A DNA stretch of 64,000 nt from Macrostomum lignano (Eukaryota): contig NIVC01000035.1 in the NCBI GenBank assembly GCA_002269645.1, positions 558,001-622,000 on the forward strand, written 5' to 3'. Positions within the stretch are counted from its first letter, which is position 1. Every line of letters begins with the position of its first letter. A program made the position numbers and the translations under genes. Under the pieces are notes generated by a model. The model was not told the DNA's origin. It was given only the letters and a program-made list of their open reading frames with translations, and did not search any database. Of this stretch, positions 43,215 to 56,400 are shown piece by piece.

Positions 43215-45315
43215 ATGAGCAGCACGGATGATGATTTCCAAGGCACCACAGGCGAAGGAATTATCGGTCACGTGCACTTTAATCCAGAGGAAGTGTCGCA
43301 TCACGATCTGGAGATTCTGATTGATGCTACCAGTACAGATTGCATCGATGTTCATCTCGGGTTCTTGCAGGTTTGATTTTGAGATGTATTTGTGGTCTTT
43401 GTGTTTTAATGCTTTACCCTGAAATGTGTCGTTATTGAACTAGAGTGGAGGATCTGGATTCGTGGGATTAGTGATTTAGATTACGTGATTTGGATTATGG
43501 GATTAGTGATTCAGATTATGGGATTTGGATTATGGATTAGTGATTCAGGTTATGGGATTTTGATAAGTGATTAGTGATTCAGGATATGGGATTTGGATTA
43601 TGGATTAGTGATTCAGATTAAGGGATTCGGATCAAGGATTAGTGATTCAGATTATTGGATTTGGATTATGGATTAGTGATTCAGATTATGGGATTTTGAT
43701 TAGTGATTAGTGATTCAGGTTACGTGATTTGGATTATGGGATTAGTGATTCAGATTATTGGATTTGGATTATGGATTAGTGATTCAGATTATAGGATTTG
43801 GATTATGGATTAGTGATTCAGATTATGGGATTTGGATCATGGGATTAGTGATTCAGACTATGGGATTAGTGAATCCATCTGCACTTCTCTTATCCAGGTG
43901 AATCACGTGTACGAAGTTGACGTATCAATTGACAAAAGTCAGCACAAACTTGGTCGCTCTGTTGAAGTCTGCGACCCGATCAGCAATTTATTCGTCAGAC
44001 TGAAGTCATTCGAGCCTGGCACGGATGACTCCACTGCTGACGTGTTTCGGTTCGAATTATTCGCTCATAAGGAGCGCCTGATGCGAGAGTCGCTGACTCT
44101 GAGAGGTTCCGAAGAGAGTTCTCGTCAGCCTGGGGGCCTCTTCGATTCGGAGGCGAAACTCACTGTGCACTTTCACGCCAGAGTGTTGGGTGAGTAGTTG
44201 GATAGCAATTTGGTCACGGGGAATCTTTCTCTTGATATCGATTGTGAGGAATCTTTCTCTTTAATTCTATCACAGGGTATTTTTTCGTGGAATTCTGTTA
44301 TGTAGAATCTTTCTTTGGGGTATTCGGTCATCGGGAATCTTTCTCTTGAAGTGGATCATAGGGAATATTTCTTTAAAATATTTGGTCATAGGAAATCTTT
44401 CTTTCGGATATTCGGTCATTAGGAACTTTCTCTTGAATTCGGTCATGGGGAATCTTTCTTTTGAATTGAGTCATGGGGAATCTTTCTTTTAAATTCGGTC
44501 ATGCGGAATCTTTCTCTTGAATTCAGTCGTGAGGAATTTTTTTCTTTAATTCGGTCATGGGGAATTTCTTTTTTGAATTCGGTCATTTGGGAATATTTCT
44601 TTTGAATTCGGTCATGGAAATCTTTTCTTTTAAATTCGAACATGGGGAATCTTTCTCTTGAATTCGGTCATGAGGAATCTTTCTCTTGAATTCGGTCATG
44701 GGGAATCTTTCTTTTGGATTTCCAGTCATGGGAATCTTTCTCTTTAATTCGGTCATGGAGAATCTATTTTTTTGAATTCGATCATGATGAATCTTTCTTG
44801 AATTTGGTCGTGTAGAATCGTTGTTTCGGTTACGTTCATTGGGAACTTTTCACTTTGGGAATTTCGGTCACGGGAGAATTTGATAATGGGGAATCTCTGG
44901 TCTTCTTGGAATTCGGTTATAGAAGATCATTTTCGGTCAAATCTCATAATCAATTTTACATCTCATCTCATGTAAAGTTGTACATCTTATTTCACAGTTG
45001 GGCAATATTAAAAATCTAATTTTAAAGAACGATCGTAGGAAAAAGCAGACCTTACTAGTGAATAAAACAGTTATACAAAAAATCAGGATTTCGTGTTCAA
45101 ATTCACTGTTCTCCAGTGAATCAACTTGAGTTATTTGTTTTAGACTAAATCGCAATTACCGTGGGGATTTTTATCCCCATTTTTTTGACAACTCAGGCAA
45201 ATTCAAAGGCACCCCTGCGTTGAAGAACGGAATCCGCTGCGTCGGCATGCGATCTGAAGACGAGACGGAGCCTGACTGCTCAGACTTGGCCCCGGCAGGT
45301 CGGGAGCCTGAGTAG
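43215..45315 (+). CDS. ADISSP: ADISSP/C20orf27 (UPF0687) homolog, 188 aa; exons 43215-43370, 43898-44189, 45197-45315
   Basis: GHVHF, VHLGFLQVNHVYE, AHKERLMRESLTL, VHFHARVLG, GTPALKNGIRCVG match recalled C20orf27 motifs (SHVHF, VKVGFLKILHRYE, AHKEGVLKEE, VQARVM, GTPMLLDGVKCVG). Confidence 0.88.
43455..43870 (+). repeat. Tandem array, 34-bp unit (ADISSP intron 1)
   Basis: ggattagtgattcagattatgggatttggattat. Confidence 0.93.
44210..44930 (+). repeat. Degenerate tandem array, about 28-bp unit (ADISSP intron 2)
   Basis: aattcggtcatggggaatctttctcttg. Confidence 0.9.
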
Positions 45316-45429
45316 TTGACCGGCTGGTTCTCCTTTATTGCCGTCTGGGTCCTGCAGCTCTTTGTTGAAGATTTTGAAGCTTTATTGTTTCTGAAACCAT
45401 TTATATTTTATATTTGCTTGGTTTCAAGT

Positions 45430-45450
45430 TTTATCTGCCTGTCTGCCTGC

Positions 45451-45481
<31 letters not shown>

Positions 45482-45515
45482 CCTGTCTGTCTGTCTGTCT
45501 GTCTGTCTGTCTGCC

Positions 45516-45548
<33 letters not shown>

Positions 45549-45643
45549 GCCTGTCTGTCTGCCTGTCTGTCTGTCTGTCTGCCTGCCTGCCTGTCTGCCT
45601 GTCTGTCTGCCTGTCTGTCTGTCTGTCTGTCTGTCTGTCTGCC

Positions 45644-45676
<33 letters not shown>

Positions 45677-45678
45677 GC

Positions 45679-45724
<46 letters not shown>

Positions 45725-45725
45725 T

Positions 45726-45760
<35 letters not shown>

Positions 45761-45836
45761 TAGTGTCCATCTGTCTTAGTGTCTGTCTGTCTGTCTGTCC
45801 GTCCATCTGTCTGTCTGTCTGTCTGTCTGTCCGTCC

Positions 45837-45900
<64 letters not shown>

Positions 45901-45967
45901 TAGTGTCCATCTGTCTTAGTGTCTGTCTGTCTGTCTGTCTGTCCGTCCGTCTGTCTGTCTGTCTGCC

Positions 45968-46018
<51 letters not shown>

Positions 46019-46033
46019 GTCTGTGTGTGTGTG

Positions 46034-46109
<76 letters not shown>

Positions 46110-46110
46110 C

Positions 46111-46144
<34 letters not shown>

Positions 46145-46155
46145 GTCTGTGTGTG

Positions 46156-46224
<69 letters not shown>

Positions 46225-46235
46225 GTCTGTGTGTG

Positions 46236-46276
<41 letters not shown>

Positions 46277-46279
46277 GCC

Positions 46280-46366
<87 letters not shown>

Positions 46367-46435
46367 GTCTGTCTGTCTGTCTGTGTGTCTGTCTGTCTGT
46401 CGACTGTCTGTCTGTCTGTCTGTCTGTCTGTCTGC

Positions 46436-46483
<48 letters not shown>

Positions 46484-46490
46484 GTGTCTG

Positions 46491-46523
<33 letters not shown>

Positions 46524-46534
46524 GTCTGTGTGTG

Positions 46535-46613
<79 letters not shown>

Positions 46614-46624
46614 GTCTGTGTGTG

Positions 46625-46657
<33 letters not shown>

Positions 46658-46692
46658 GTCTGTGTGTGTGTCTATCTGTCTATCTGTCTGTG

Positions 46693-46772
<80 letters not shown>
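45430..46772 (+). repeat. (TCTG)n microsatellite, 1.3 kb, downstream of ADISSP
   Basis: tctgtctgtctg with cctg, gtgt and cttagtg interruptions. Confidence 0.97.
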
Positions 46773-46776
<4 letters not shown>

Positions 46777-47509
46777 CAGCAAATTAATTTTCAGTCTGCT
46801 AATCTGTCTTCATCTGTACTATATTATTTATTCAGCACTCATTAATGGTGATTTACTTGACCCCCTGTCAATTTATCCGTGTGGCAATATTGCCTGTTAG
46901 GCACTGTGATTTGTCTAGCAAATAAAACACTTTAAAGTCGCCGTTTTAATCCTAAACCATTTCTAGTCACTGTTAGCTGTTTTACAAGACAATTCTTTAA
47001 ATTTATTGTCTGCATAAAAATGTGACCCAATTGGAATATCCATAGTGATTCAATGTGTTTTATTCAAGTCAGTTACCATTCATCACCAAAAATTTTTTTC
47101 AAATTTTTTTGTCAGTGTGAATTAATTGACTGTTATTATTAATTTGTGTACTTTTCGTTTCAAATAAATTTATTTACTTTAGTCCACATGACGTGTAATC
47201 TAAAACTTTTCTCAAGAATGATTTTCTCAAGTCTAGACAAGATGCCGCTTCACTGAAAAGTTCAAGGAGACTACATGTATTATGATTACAAGGAGAGTGA
47301 ATCGAAGTGCAGCAAATTAGTTTTTGAGTGAATTCTATGACTGGTAAACCCTAAATATAATCAATCAATCAATCAATCAGTATTGGTTCTGTGTGCTGAC
47401 AGACGCTTGTCAAAAATATTTGTCTCAATGATAAATAGACAGTTTCTAAGTGACCGCTATTGATTACTGCGATCTAGGATGCCTTAAAAATGAACGCCCC
47501 AGCCCCTAG

Positions 47510-48050
47510 CTCCTGCCCAAGTCTGTGTTTGAACCCCCTCTGCCCATCTTGCCCCAGTCTGTTTTTGAACCCCTTCTGCCCCTCCAACCCCGTCTGTGTG
47601 CTTAAACCCCCTCTGCCCCTCCTACCCCAGTCTGTGCTTGAACCCCCTCTGCCCCTCCTACCCCAGTCTGTGTGCTTGAACCCCCTCTGCCCCTTCTACC
47701 CCAGTCTGTGCTTGAACCCCTCTGCCCCTCCTATCCCAGTCTGTGCTTGAACCCCTCTGCCCCTCCTATCCCAGTTTGTGCTTGAACCCCCTCTGCCCCT
47801 CCTACCCCAGTCTGTGTGCTTGAACCCCCTCTGCCCCTCCTACCCCAGTCTGTGCTTGAACCCCCTCTGCCCCTCCTACCCCAGTCTGTGCTTGAACCCC
47901 CTTTGCCCCTTCTGCCCCAGTTTGTGCTTGAACCCTTCTGCCCCTCCTACCCCAGTTTGTGCTTGAACCCCCTCTGCCCTCTTACCCCTGTTACCCCTGT
48001 TTGTGCTTAAACCCCCTTTGCCCCTCCTACCGCAGTGTGCTTGAACCCCC
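47510..48050 (+). repeat. Tandem array, about 36-bp unit
   Basis: gtgcttgaaccccctctgcccctcctaccccagtct. Confidence 0.93.
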
Positions 48051-48394
48051 TCTCATTTTAGTTCCTGCACTCCGCTTGACAGAAAGGAACTACTGCACTG
48101 GCTGCTAACTGAATTATTTAACCCTCAATAAAATAGATTATTAGATTATTTTTGGGTGTATCTGTAAAGTATGTGCATGCGTATATTTATATAAAATCAT
48201 TTTCTCTTTGTTTATATGACCTAAGTTAATTAATAGTTAATTATGCGCTTTGTACCTCTGTCTTTCCCGTAGTTTTTTACTCCTGTGTAGTAGCATTTTG
48301 TATTTAACAATAGAGATAAATGTTTTTTGTCAGTGTTTGAGCTGTTTAGCCTTTTTATTTTCGTGATTTTGCATTATATGCGTTTATCTAGTGG

Positions 48395-50370
48395 CTCTAT
48401 AGATTCTAGAGTCCTATAATTTTGTGGGGGGGATTCTAGAGTCCCTTTAATCTAGTGGGGGGATTCTAGAGTCCTATAATCTAGTGGGTGAGATACTAGA
48501 GTCCTATAATCTAGTGGGTGAGATTCTAGAGTCCTATAATCTAGTGAGTGAGATTCTAGAGTCCTATAATCTATGGGTGAGATTCTAGAGTCCCTTTAAT
48601 CTAGTGGGGGGGATTCTAGACTCCTATAATCTAGTGGGTGAGATTCTAGAGTCCTATAATCTAGTGGGTGAGATACTAGAGTCCTATAATCTAGTGGGTG
48701 AGATTCTAGAGTCCTATAATCTAGTGAGTGAGATTCTAGAGTCCTATAATCTATGGGTGAGATTCTAGAGTCCCTTTAATCTAGTGGGGGGGGGATTCTA
48801 GAGTCCTATAATCTAGTGGGTGAGATTCTAGAGTCCTATAATCTAGTGGGTGAGATACTAGAGTCCTATAATCTAGTGGGTGAGATTCTAGAGTCCTATA
48901 ATCTATGGGTGAGATTCTAGAGTCCTATAATCTATGAGTGAGATTCTAGAGTCCTATAATCTAGCGGGTGGGATTCTAGAGTCCCATAATTTAGTGGGTG
49001 AGATTCTAGAGTCCCTATAATCTATGGGTGAGATTCTAGAGTCCCTATAATCTATGGGTGAGATTCTAGAGTTCTATAATCTAGCGGGTGAGATTCTAGA
49101 GTCCTATAATCTAGCGGGTGAGATTCTAGAGTCCTATAATCTATGGGTGAGATTCTAGAGTCCCATAATTTAGTGGGTGAGATTCTAGAGTCCCTATAAT
49201 CTATGGGTGAGATTCTAGAGTCCTATAATCTATGGGTGAGATTTTAGAGTCCTATAATCTATGGGTGAGATTCTAGAGTCCTATAATCTATGGGTGAGAT
49301 TCTAGAGTCCTATAATCTAGCGGGTGAGATTCTAGAGTCCCAATAATCTATGGGTGAGATTCTAGAGTCCCTATAATCTATGGGTGAGATTCTAGAGTCC
49401 TATAATCTAGTGGGTGAGATTCTAGAGTCCCAATAATCTATGGGTGAGATTCTAGAGTCCCTTTAATCTAGTGGGGGGGATTCTAGAGTCCTATAATCTA
49501 GTGGGTGAGATTCTAGAGTCCTATAATCTAGTGGGTGAGATACTAGAGTCCTATAATCTAGTGGGTGAGATTCTAGAGTCCTATAATTTAGAGGGTGAGA
49601 TTCTAGAGTCCTATAATCTAGTGGGTGAGATTCTAGAGTCCTATAATTTAGTGGGTGAGATTCTAGAGTCCTATAATCTATGGGTGAGATTCTAGAGTCC
49701 CTATAATCTATGAGTGAGATTCTAGAGTCCTATAATCAAGCGGGTGAGATTCTAGAGTCCTATAATCTAGCGGGTGAGATTCTAGAGTCCTATAATCTAG
49801 CGGGTGAGATTCTGGAGTCCTATAATCTATGGGTGAGATTCTAGAGTCCCATAATTTAGTGAGTGAGATTCTAGAGTCCCTATAATCTATGGGTGAGATT
49901 CTAGAGTCCCTATAATCTATGGGTGAGATTCTAGAGTCCTATAATCTATGGGTGAGATTCTAGAGTCCTATAATCTATGGGTGAGATTCTAGAGTCCTAT
50001 AATTTAGTGGGTGAGATTCTAGAGTCCTACAATCTATCGATGAGATTCTAGAGTCCTATAATTTAGTGGGTGAGATTCTAGAGTCCTATAATCTAGCGGG
50101 TGAGATTCTAGAGTCCTATAATCTAGTGGGTGAGATTCTAGAGTCCTATAATTTAGTGGGTGAGATTCTAGAGTCCTATAATCTAGCGGGTGAGATTCTA
50201 GAGTCCTATAATCTAGTGGGTGAGATTCTAGAGTCCTATAATTTAGTGGGTGAGATTCTAGAGTCCTATAATCTATGGATGAGATTCTAGAGTCCTATAA
50301 TTTAGTGGGTGAGATTCTAGAGTCCTATAATCTATGGGTGAGATTCTAAAGTTCCATAGTATATGATGGG
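48395..50370 (+). repeat. Tandem array, 29-31-bp unit, upstream of KLHDC4
   Basis: gattctagagtcctataatctagtgggtga. Confidence 0.96.
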
Positions 50371-50480
50371 TGGAATTCTAGTGTATAGGCCTGTATATTC
50401 CTAGAAAACATTGCCGTATTGATTCAGTGACAGGTAGGAATTTACGCTGCAATTTCAATTTTAAAATCAGACGCCTCAAA

Positions 50481-53400
50481 ATGGGCAAGAACAAGAAAGA
50501 CAAGAAGAAAGGTCACGGAGCGGAGAAGACCGCCGCCAAAACTGAACGCAAAGCCGCTAAAAAAGCTTCGAAAGCGGCAAAAACTGCCGGAGAAGATGAT
50601 GTAGCAGCTGTGATAGCTCAGCTAGAAGCTGAGGAGGCTGCAAAATGGCGACCACTGATGGAGCTAACCGAACCTGCCAACGGCGACAGCGAGTTTCGCC
50701 CTTCGCCTAGAAGTAATTTCAGTTGGACTGCGAATTCTCGCCGATCAGAGATTTACCTGTTCGGTGGAGAGCAGCGGCTGCCGGAGACTGGGAGGCTGAA
50801 AGTGCTCAATGAGCATCTGGTCTATAGGCCGGTTGAAAACCGGTGGATTCGACTGGGTGGCGGCACTTTGCCAACGCCTAGGTGTGCGCATCAGGTGAGA
50901 TTACCTTCTCTCCGAGAATCGCGCTTCCGCGACCTTGAGAATCGCCTTTCCCTTTTTCCCGACCTTGAAGATCGCCCTACTGCACCCTTGAGAATCGCCC
51001 TACTGCACCCTTGAGAATCGCCCTACTGCACCCTTGAGAATCGCCCTACTGCACCCTTCAGAATCGCCCTACTGCACCCTTGAGAATCGCCCTACTGCAC
51101 CCTTCAGAATCGCCCTACTGCACCCTTGAGAATCGCCCTACTGCACCCTTGAGAATCGCCCTACTGCACCCTTCAGAATCGCCCTACTGCACCCTTGAGA
51201 ATCGCCCTACTGCACCCTTGAGAATCGCTCTACTGCACCCTTGAGAATCGCCCTACTGCACCCTTCAGAATCGCCCTACTGCACCCTTGAGAATCGCTCT
51301 ACTGCACCCTTGAGAATCGCCCTACTGCACCCTTCAGAATCGCCCTACTGCACCCTTGAGAATCGCTCTACTGCACCCTTGAGAATCGCCCTACTGCACC
51401 CTTGAGAATCGCTCTACTGCACCCTTGAGAATCGCCCTACTGCACCCTTGAGAATCGCCCTACTGCACCCTTGAGAATCGCCCTACTGCACCCTTGAGAA
51501 TCGCTCTACTGCACCCTTCAGAATCGCCCTACTGCACCCTTGAGAATCGCCCTACTGCACCCTTGAGAATCGCTCTACTGCACCCTTGAGAATCGCTCTA
51601 CTGCACCCTTGAGAATCGCCCTACCGCGACCTTGAGAATCGCCCTACCGCGACCTTGAGAATCGCCCTACCGCGACCTTGAGAATCGCCCTTCCCCACCT
51701 GTCCACAGGCGACCATGGCCAAGCCGCCCTCAGGCTCAGGCGATCATTTGTTCGTATTCGGAGGCGAGTTCGCCACTCCAACCGAGTCGCAGTTCCATCA
51801 CTACGATGATATCTGGTCTTGGACCGTAAAGTCGCGTCAGTGGCGCAAAGTGACCCCGGCCTCGGGCAGCCCGGCCCCCTGTCCTCGCAGCGGTCACCGA
51901 ATGCTGGCCCTGAAACGACCCCAAGTTCGTCTCCTAGTATTTGGCGGTTTCCATGACAACGGCCGCACGTTTCGCTATTTCAACGATCTGTGGTCGTTTG
52001 ATTTGGATACTCGAGTCTGGACTGAGATTCGAACCACTGGCTCGCAGCCCAGTCCTCGGTCTGCCTGCCTGCTGTTTCCTCTGCCTGACGACTCCGGCAT
52101 CTGCTTGGTTGGCGGCTACGCTAAGCGGACTGAGAAACGCGGCGAGAAGGGCTTGGTGCACACTGACTGCTTCACTCTGAGCTTAGTGGGTGAGTGCTTA
52201 CTGACTGCTTCACTCTGAGCTTAGTGGGTGAGTGCTTACTGACTGCTTCACTCTGAGCTTAGTGGGTGAGTGCATACTGACTGCTTCACTCTGAGCCTAG
52301 TGGGTGAGTGCTTACTGACTGCTTCACTCTGAGCTTAGTGGGTGAGTGCTTACTGACTGCTTCACTCTGAGCTTAGTGGGTGAGTGCTTACTGACTGCTT
52401 CACTCTGAGCTTAGTGGGTGAGTGCATACTGACTGCTTCACTCTGAGCTTAGTGGGTGAGTGCTTACTGACTGCTTCACTCTGAGCTTAGTGGGTGAGTG
52501 CTTACTGACTGCTTCACTCTGAGCTTAGTGGGTGAGTGCTTACTGACTGCTTCACTCTGAGCTTAGTGGGTGAGTGCTTACTGACTGCTTCACTCTGAGC
52601 TTAGTGGGTGAGTGCTTACTGACTGCTTCACTCTGAGCTTAGTGGGTGAGTGCTTACTGACTGCTTCACTCTGTGCTTAGTGGGTGAGTGCCTCTGGCCT
52701 CCAAGATCCTCAGTTGCTGGGCAGCCAGCCTCCCAGATCCCCTGGGCCAGTCTCCCAGATCCTCAGTTGCTGGGCAGCCAGCCTCCCAGATCCCCTGGGC
52801 CAGCCTCCCAGATCCCCTGGGCCAGCCTCCCAGATCCTCAGTTGCTGGGCAGCCAGCCTCCCAGATCCTCAGTTGCTGGGCAGCCAGCCTCCCAGATCCT
52901 CAGTTGCTGGGCAGCCGGCCTCCCAGATCCTCAGTTGCTGGGCAGCCAGCCTCCCAGATCCCCTGGGCTGGGCCAGTCTCCCAAATCCTCAGTTGCGGGG
53001 CCAGCCAAGTGTTTTTAGTCGACAAGCTGGTTTCGACTAGATTAGCTACTGCAATACACTCCGCATTGTCTCCAAAACCTATTGGTTTAGTTGCGTCCCC
53101 CGCCCGCCCGGTGCAAGCGCGGCAGTGCAGGCTGCAGAGGGTAAACACGCAAAAACGTGAATAGGTTAACTGGAACAGCTTGCTAAGGCATGCCCGATTG
53201 CGGGCCGCAGTCGAGAGGAACTGTTTTCGGGCGTGGCTCAGGTCGACCGTGTCTAGGAAAACTCAATCAGGCCCGCCTCTGCTAGATAGCAACTGGCTGC
53301 TTGTGTCTAACGATGCGGCCACTGCCTTGCCATCTGTTACTCGTAGCTGTTTCACTGTGTACCTTTTTCCGCTTTTTTATTAGCCTGCCTTGGTTATCTC

Positions 53401-56400
53401 CTCTCGCATCTCATCTCCTCTCGCATCTCATCTTCTCTTGCATCTCATCTCCTCTTGCATCTCATCTCCTCTTGCATCTCATCTCCTCTCGCATCTCATC
53501 TCCTCTTGCATCTCATCTCCTCTCGCATCTCATCTCCTCTTGCATCTCATCTCCTCTCGCATCTTATCTCCTCTGGCATCTCATCTCCTCTTGCATCTCA
53601 TCTCCTCTCGCATCTTATCTCCTCTGGCATCTCATCTCCTCTTGCATCTCATCTCCTCTCGCATCTCATCTCCTCTTGCATCTCATCTCCTCTTGCATCT
53701 CATCTCCTCTCGCATCTTATCTCCTCTGGCATCTCATCTCCTCTCGCATCTCCTCTCCTCTCGCATCTCATCTCCTCTTGCATCTTATCTCCTCTGGCAT
53801 CTCATCTCCTCTCGCATCTCATCTCCTCTTGCATCTCATCTCCTCTCGCATCTCATCTCCTCTTGCATCTCATCTCCTCTCGCATCTTATCTCCTCTGGC
53901 ATCTCATCTCCTCTTGCATCTCATCTCCTCTCGCATCTTATCTCCTCTGGCATCTCATCTCCTCTTGCATCTCATCTCCTCTCGCATCTCATCTCCTCTC
54001 GCATCTTATCTCCTCTGGCATCTCATCTCCTCTCGCATCTCCTCTCCTCTCGCATCTCATCTCCTCTTGCATCTTATCTCCTTTGGCATCTCATCTCCTC
54101 TCGCATCTCATCTCCCCTCCCCTCGCATCTCATCTCCTCTTGCATCTCATCTCCTCTCGCATCTTATCTCTTGACGCATCTTATCCCTTGCATTTCAAAC
54201 CTTATATTATATTCTCTCAGATCTCATCTCATATTTCTCGAGTCTTGTCTTAGTTTCATCTCTTAACCTCTTAAATCTCATCTCAATTGTATTCAATGTA
54301 ATCTCCCCTCTCTGATCTTATTTTCATCTTTATTTTATGCCCCTTGTATTCAGTCCTGTGGTACCTTCTAGTTCCCATTTGTTTCCCATTTGTTTGCCTC
54401 CTTTTATCCCAGAGGATTTGTCATCTCTTTGTATGAGTTTGCTTTCATCCTTATCTATATCATTTTTTGCGTGGTTGCCCGCACTTTCAAGCCCAAAATT
54501 ATTCATTAAAGAACTGTGAAATATGACCTTATAACTAGCAAAAAAACTTGGCTAATTATTTTCTTTATGATTTTCGGGCTCAGCCTCGTTAATCAGACAC
54601 ACAGGACGGTGCTTTGACTTTCGTGGATTTCTCCTTGATGAAGATAAACTATTTTCAAAATGCTAGGAGCGTATGATATTTTTAGTATTTGTAGACTAGC
54701 ATAAGAGTCTCCCTCGTGTGGGTTGTATGACCTTAACTACAGAATATCAGTATGTGTTTTTTTCTAGTTAAATGAGAATTTAGATCCAATAGTACATGTA
54801 TATTCGTTTCTGTCAGCTTTGATCCAGGAGCCATGGCATCTCAGCATCTCCCTCACTTGAGCCATGGCATCTCAGCAACTCCCTCACTTGAGCCATGGCA
54901 TCTCAGCAACTCCCTCACTTGAGCCATGGCATCTCAGCATCTCCCTCACTTGAGCCATGGCATCTCAGCATCTCCCTCACTTGAGCCATGGCATCTCAGC
55001 ATCTCCCTCACTTGAGCCATGGCATCTCAGCATCTCCCTCACTTGAGCCATGGCATCTCAGCATTTCCCTCACTTGAGCCATGGCAGCTCAGCAACTCCC
55101 TCACTTGAGCCATGGCAGCTCAGCAACTCCCTCACTTGAGCCATGGCATCTCAGCATTTCCCTCACTTGAGCCATGGCAGCTCAGCAACTCCCTCACTTG
55201 AGCCATGGCAGCTCAGCATCTCCCTCACTTGAGCCATGGCATCTCAGCATCTCCCTCCCACTTAAGCCATGGCATCTCAGCATCTCCCTCACTTGAGCCA
55301 TGGCATCTCAGCATCTCCCTCCCACTTAAGCCATGGCATCTCAGCATCTCCCTCACTTGAGCCATGGCATCTCAGCATCTCCCTCCACTTGAGCCATGGC
55401 ATCTCAGCATCTCCCTCACTTGAGCCATGGCATCTCAACAACTCCCTCACTTGAGCCATGGCTTCTCAGCATCTCCCTCACTTGAGCCATGGCTTCTCAG
55501 CATCTCCCTCACTTGAGCCATGGCATCTCAGCATCTCCCTCACTTGAGCCATGGCAGCTCAGCATCTCCCTCACTTGAGCCATGGCTTCTCAACAACTCC
55601 CTCACTTGAGCCATGGCATCTCAGCATCTCCCTCACTTGAGCCATGGCATCTCAGCATCTCCCTCACTTGAGCCATGGCATCTCAGCATTTCCCTCACTT
55701 GAGCCATGGCATCTCAGCATCTCCCTCACTTGAGCCATGGCATCTCAGCAACTCCCTCACTTGAGCCATGGCTTCTCAACAACTCCCTCACTTGAGCCAT
55801 GGCATCTCAGCATCTCCCTCACTTGAGCCATGGCTTCTCAACAACTCCCTCACTTGAGCCATGGCATCTCAGCATCTCCCTCACTTGAGCCATGGCATCT
55901 CAGCATTTCCCTCACTTGAGCCATGGCAGCTCAGCAACTCCCTCACTTGAGCCATGGCATCTCAGCATCTCCCTCACTTGAGCCATGGCATCTCAGCAAC
56001 TCCCTCACTTGAGCCATGGCTTCTCAACAACTCCCTCACTTGAGCCATGGCATCTCAGCATCTCCCTCACTTGAGCCATGGCTTCTCAACAACTCCCTCA
56101 CTTGAGCCATGGCATCTCAGCATCTCCCTCACTTGAGCCATGGCATCTCAGCATCTCCCTCACTTGAGCCATGGCATCTCAGCAACTCCCTCCCACTTGA
56201 GCCATGGCATCTCAACAACTCCCTCCTACTTGAGCAAAGCATCTCAGCAACTCCCTCACTTGAGCCATGGCATCTCAGCATCTCTCTCACTTGAGCCATG
56301 GCATCTCAGCATCTCCCTCACTTGAGCCATGGCATCTCAGCATCTCCCTCACTTGAGCCATGGCATCTCAGCATCTCTCTCACTTGAGCCATGGCATCTC

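Noticed and set aside
45316-46900. Long (CLSV)n / (DRQT)n ORFs, also at 32841-33150 and 61644-62076
   Set aside because: Translations of TCTG/GACA microsatellites.
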